Below are positions 5,267-6,799 of a stretch of DNA of 6,799 nt, piece by piece; the first letter of the stretch is position 1; each line of letters begins with the position of its first letter. The position numbers were made by a program, and so were the translations under genes. Location: NCBI GenBank assembly GCA_027031765.1, contig JALVPN010000124.1:1-6799 (forward strand). Direction: 5' to 3'. Below the pieces are notes generated by a model. The model saw only the letters and a list, made by a program, of their open reading frames with translations, ran no database searches and was not told the DNA's origin. The stretch is from Promethearchaeota archaeon (GTDB lineage Archaea; Asgardarchaeota; Thorarchaeia; Thorarchaeales; Thorarchaeaceae).

Positions 5267-6799
5267 TCACTTCCCCACGTAGTAGTACTCGCCCATTGCG
5301 ACCTGCTTCTCGTGCATCTGTGACCCCTCCTTGTTGACACGGGGCCTGCCGGTCTGCGGGTCGCGCCTGAATGTCACACCCATCTGTTTCAGGAAGGTGT
5401 TCATCCCGTTCCTGAGGGTCATCACTGGCGACGCGTACCCCCTCTTCCCGGGCTGGCCGTCGAATACCACCATGCTGTCGCTGAGGTAGTCCGCCATGAG
5501 GATGGAGTGTTCGACCACAAAGGCGGTCCTCTGACGGGCCCGTATCGCCCTGCGGATGGCACGTGATGCAGCTAGCCTCTGTTCCACGTCTAGGAATGCC
5601 GACGGCTCGTCAAACAGGTATATGTCAGCCTCGCGCGCCAGACATGCTGCAATCTCTGTCCTCTGGAGTTCACCACCGCTCAGGTCGCTGACCTGGTGGT
5701 CGAGCAGGTGCTCAAGTCCCAGCCTGCGGAGGACTGAGGTCTTGAACTCGGCCGTGTCAACGCTGGCGCCACCGGCCTCTTTCAGGTACATCCTCACTGT
5801 GCCGGGGAAATCTCCCTCTATGTACTGTGGCTTGTAACTGATCTTGAGGTCAAAACCTGACACGGTCTTCGTCGGGGCAGCGCCCTCGTCGGGCTCGATA
5901 ATCCCTGCCAGCATCTTGACGAACGTTGTCTTGCCTATCCCATTGGGGCCCAGGATGCCCACTATCTGCCCACGTGACACACGCCCCCCATCGACCACCA
6001 GCTCGAAGTCCTCGAACGCCTTTTTCATCTGTCCGTACTCGATCAGGGTCTCGGTACCTGTCCACTCCTCGTCCTCGCCCGCCATCCCCTTGAACGAGAT
6101 TGCCTCGTCCCTGAAGCGCATGTTCTCGTCAGGGATGTACCCGTCAAGGAAGATGTTGATACCGACCCGTGTCCCATGGGGGTGCGAAACAATCCCATAG
6201 ACCCCTGGGCTGCCATAGAAGATACAGACGAGGTCTGACACATAGTCGAGGACTGACAGGTCGTGCTCCACCACAACAACGGTCTTTCCGAGTCCTGACA
6301 GGTGACGGATGGCCCTGCCGACACGGAGCCTCTCGCGGACATCCAGGTAGGCAGTGGGCTCGTCAAAGAAGTAGATGTCGCCCTCTCTGACGATGGCCGC
6401 GGTCACGGCCACTCTCTGCAGCTCGCCGCCGCTCAGGAACTTGACAGGGCGCTCCCATATCTCGTCCAGCCCCATGTCCGCCTTGAGGTCGCCGAGCCGT
6501 CCCGAACTATCGGCGGCCTCCAGCAGTTCCCCTATGGCCCTGTCGGCGACGGTCTTGACCTTGGGCAGGTCAGTGATGTTCTGGGGCTTGTGGACCGCCG
6601 TCACAGTGCCCTCTTGGAGCCTCTCGAAGAAGGGCTGTAGTTCGGAGCCCCGGTACTCCCTGATTATCTCGTCCCAGTCAGGCGGGTCGTCCACGCGTCC
6701 GAGGTTCGGCCTGAGCTCTCCTGCAAGTATCCTTATTGCTGTGGTCTTGCCGACGCCGTTCGGGCCTATCAGTCCGAGGACCCTTCCCTCCTTTGGTAT
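5267..6799 (-). CDS. rli: ABCE1/Rli ribosome-recycling ATPase, 5'-truncated by the window edge (Fe-S domain lies outside)
   Basis: The frame is open from 6799 (IPKEGRVLGLIGPNGVGKTT, Walker A 1), so the ORF-track start at 6694 is not the real start. It contains two LSGGELQR signatures, YFFDEP/YLFDEP Walker B motifs, second Walker A GPNGIGKTT, and the hinge/C-terminus FRRDPQTGRPRVNKEGS…GEYYY. Confidence 0.97.
   Translation of the reverse strand: MPKEGRVLGLIGPNGVGKTTAIRILAGELRPNLGRVDDPPDWDEIIREYRGSELQPFFERLQEGTVTAVHKPQNITDLPKVKTVADRAIGELLEAADSSGRLGDLKADMGLDEIWERPVKFLSGGELQRVAVTAAIVREGDIYFFDEPTAYLDVRERLRVGRAIRHLSGLGKTVVVVEHDLSVLDYVSDLVCIFYGSPGVYGIVSHPHGTRVGINIFLDGYIPDENMRFRDEAISFKGMAGEDEEWTGTETLIEYGQMKKAFEDFELVVDGGRVSRGQIVGILGPNGIGKTTFVKMLAGIIEPDEGAAPTKTVSGFDLKISYKPQYIEGDFPGTVRMYLKEAGGASVDTAEFKTSVLRRLGLEHLLDHQVSDLSGGELQRTEIAACLAREADIYLFDEPSAFLDVEQRLAASRAIRRAIRARQRTAFVVEHSILMADYLSDSMVVFDGQPGKRGYASPVMTLRNGMNTFLKQMGVTFRRDPQTGRPRVNKEGSQMHEKQVAMGEYYYVGK

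Noticed and set aside
293-6061. Recurrent ACCTGT/ACAGGT hexamer
   Set aside because: It occurs in both coding and non-coding DNA without regular spacing, so it is not a CRISPR array or a specific site.

Overview
GC-rich archaeal housekeeping/metabolic locus with no mobile element, CRISPR array, tRNA or rRNA visible. Six complete CDSs and one partial CDS are supported. On the minus strand, read right to left: a bifunctional fructose-1,6-bisphosphate aldolase/phosphatase (FBPA/P, class V FBPase; 3056-4204), a 259-nt gap with no credible ORF, then a compact run of four metal-binding proteins: YkgJ/CxxCxxCC cysteine-cluster protein, PHP-domain phosphoesterase (TrpH/YciV-like), amidohydrolase_2 and Mut7-C/DUF82 RNase-like protein. 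Uridine phosphorylase (4411-5256, +) is divergent from fbp and convergent with ABCE1/Rli (5267->6799, -, truncated by the window edge). The gene set (FBPA/P, ABCE1, standalone Mut7-C, GGTGA/GGAG ribosome-binding sites) points to an archaeon, but the lineage cannot be fixed from sequence alone. Points worth following up: (i) the four-gene cassette could be an uncharacterised RNA-end-processing/nucleotide-salvage module; (ii) an AT-rich palindrome made of overlapping opposed TATA-like boxes lies between fbp and udp; (iii) the 259-nt intergenic stretch is hairpin-rich and shares an imperfect inverted repeat with the PHP-amidohydrolase spacer; (iv) YkgJ, Mut7-C and ABCE1 deviate from motifs I recall as consensus. 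None of these proves a novel system; all are hypotheses.
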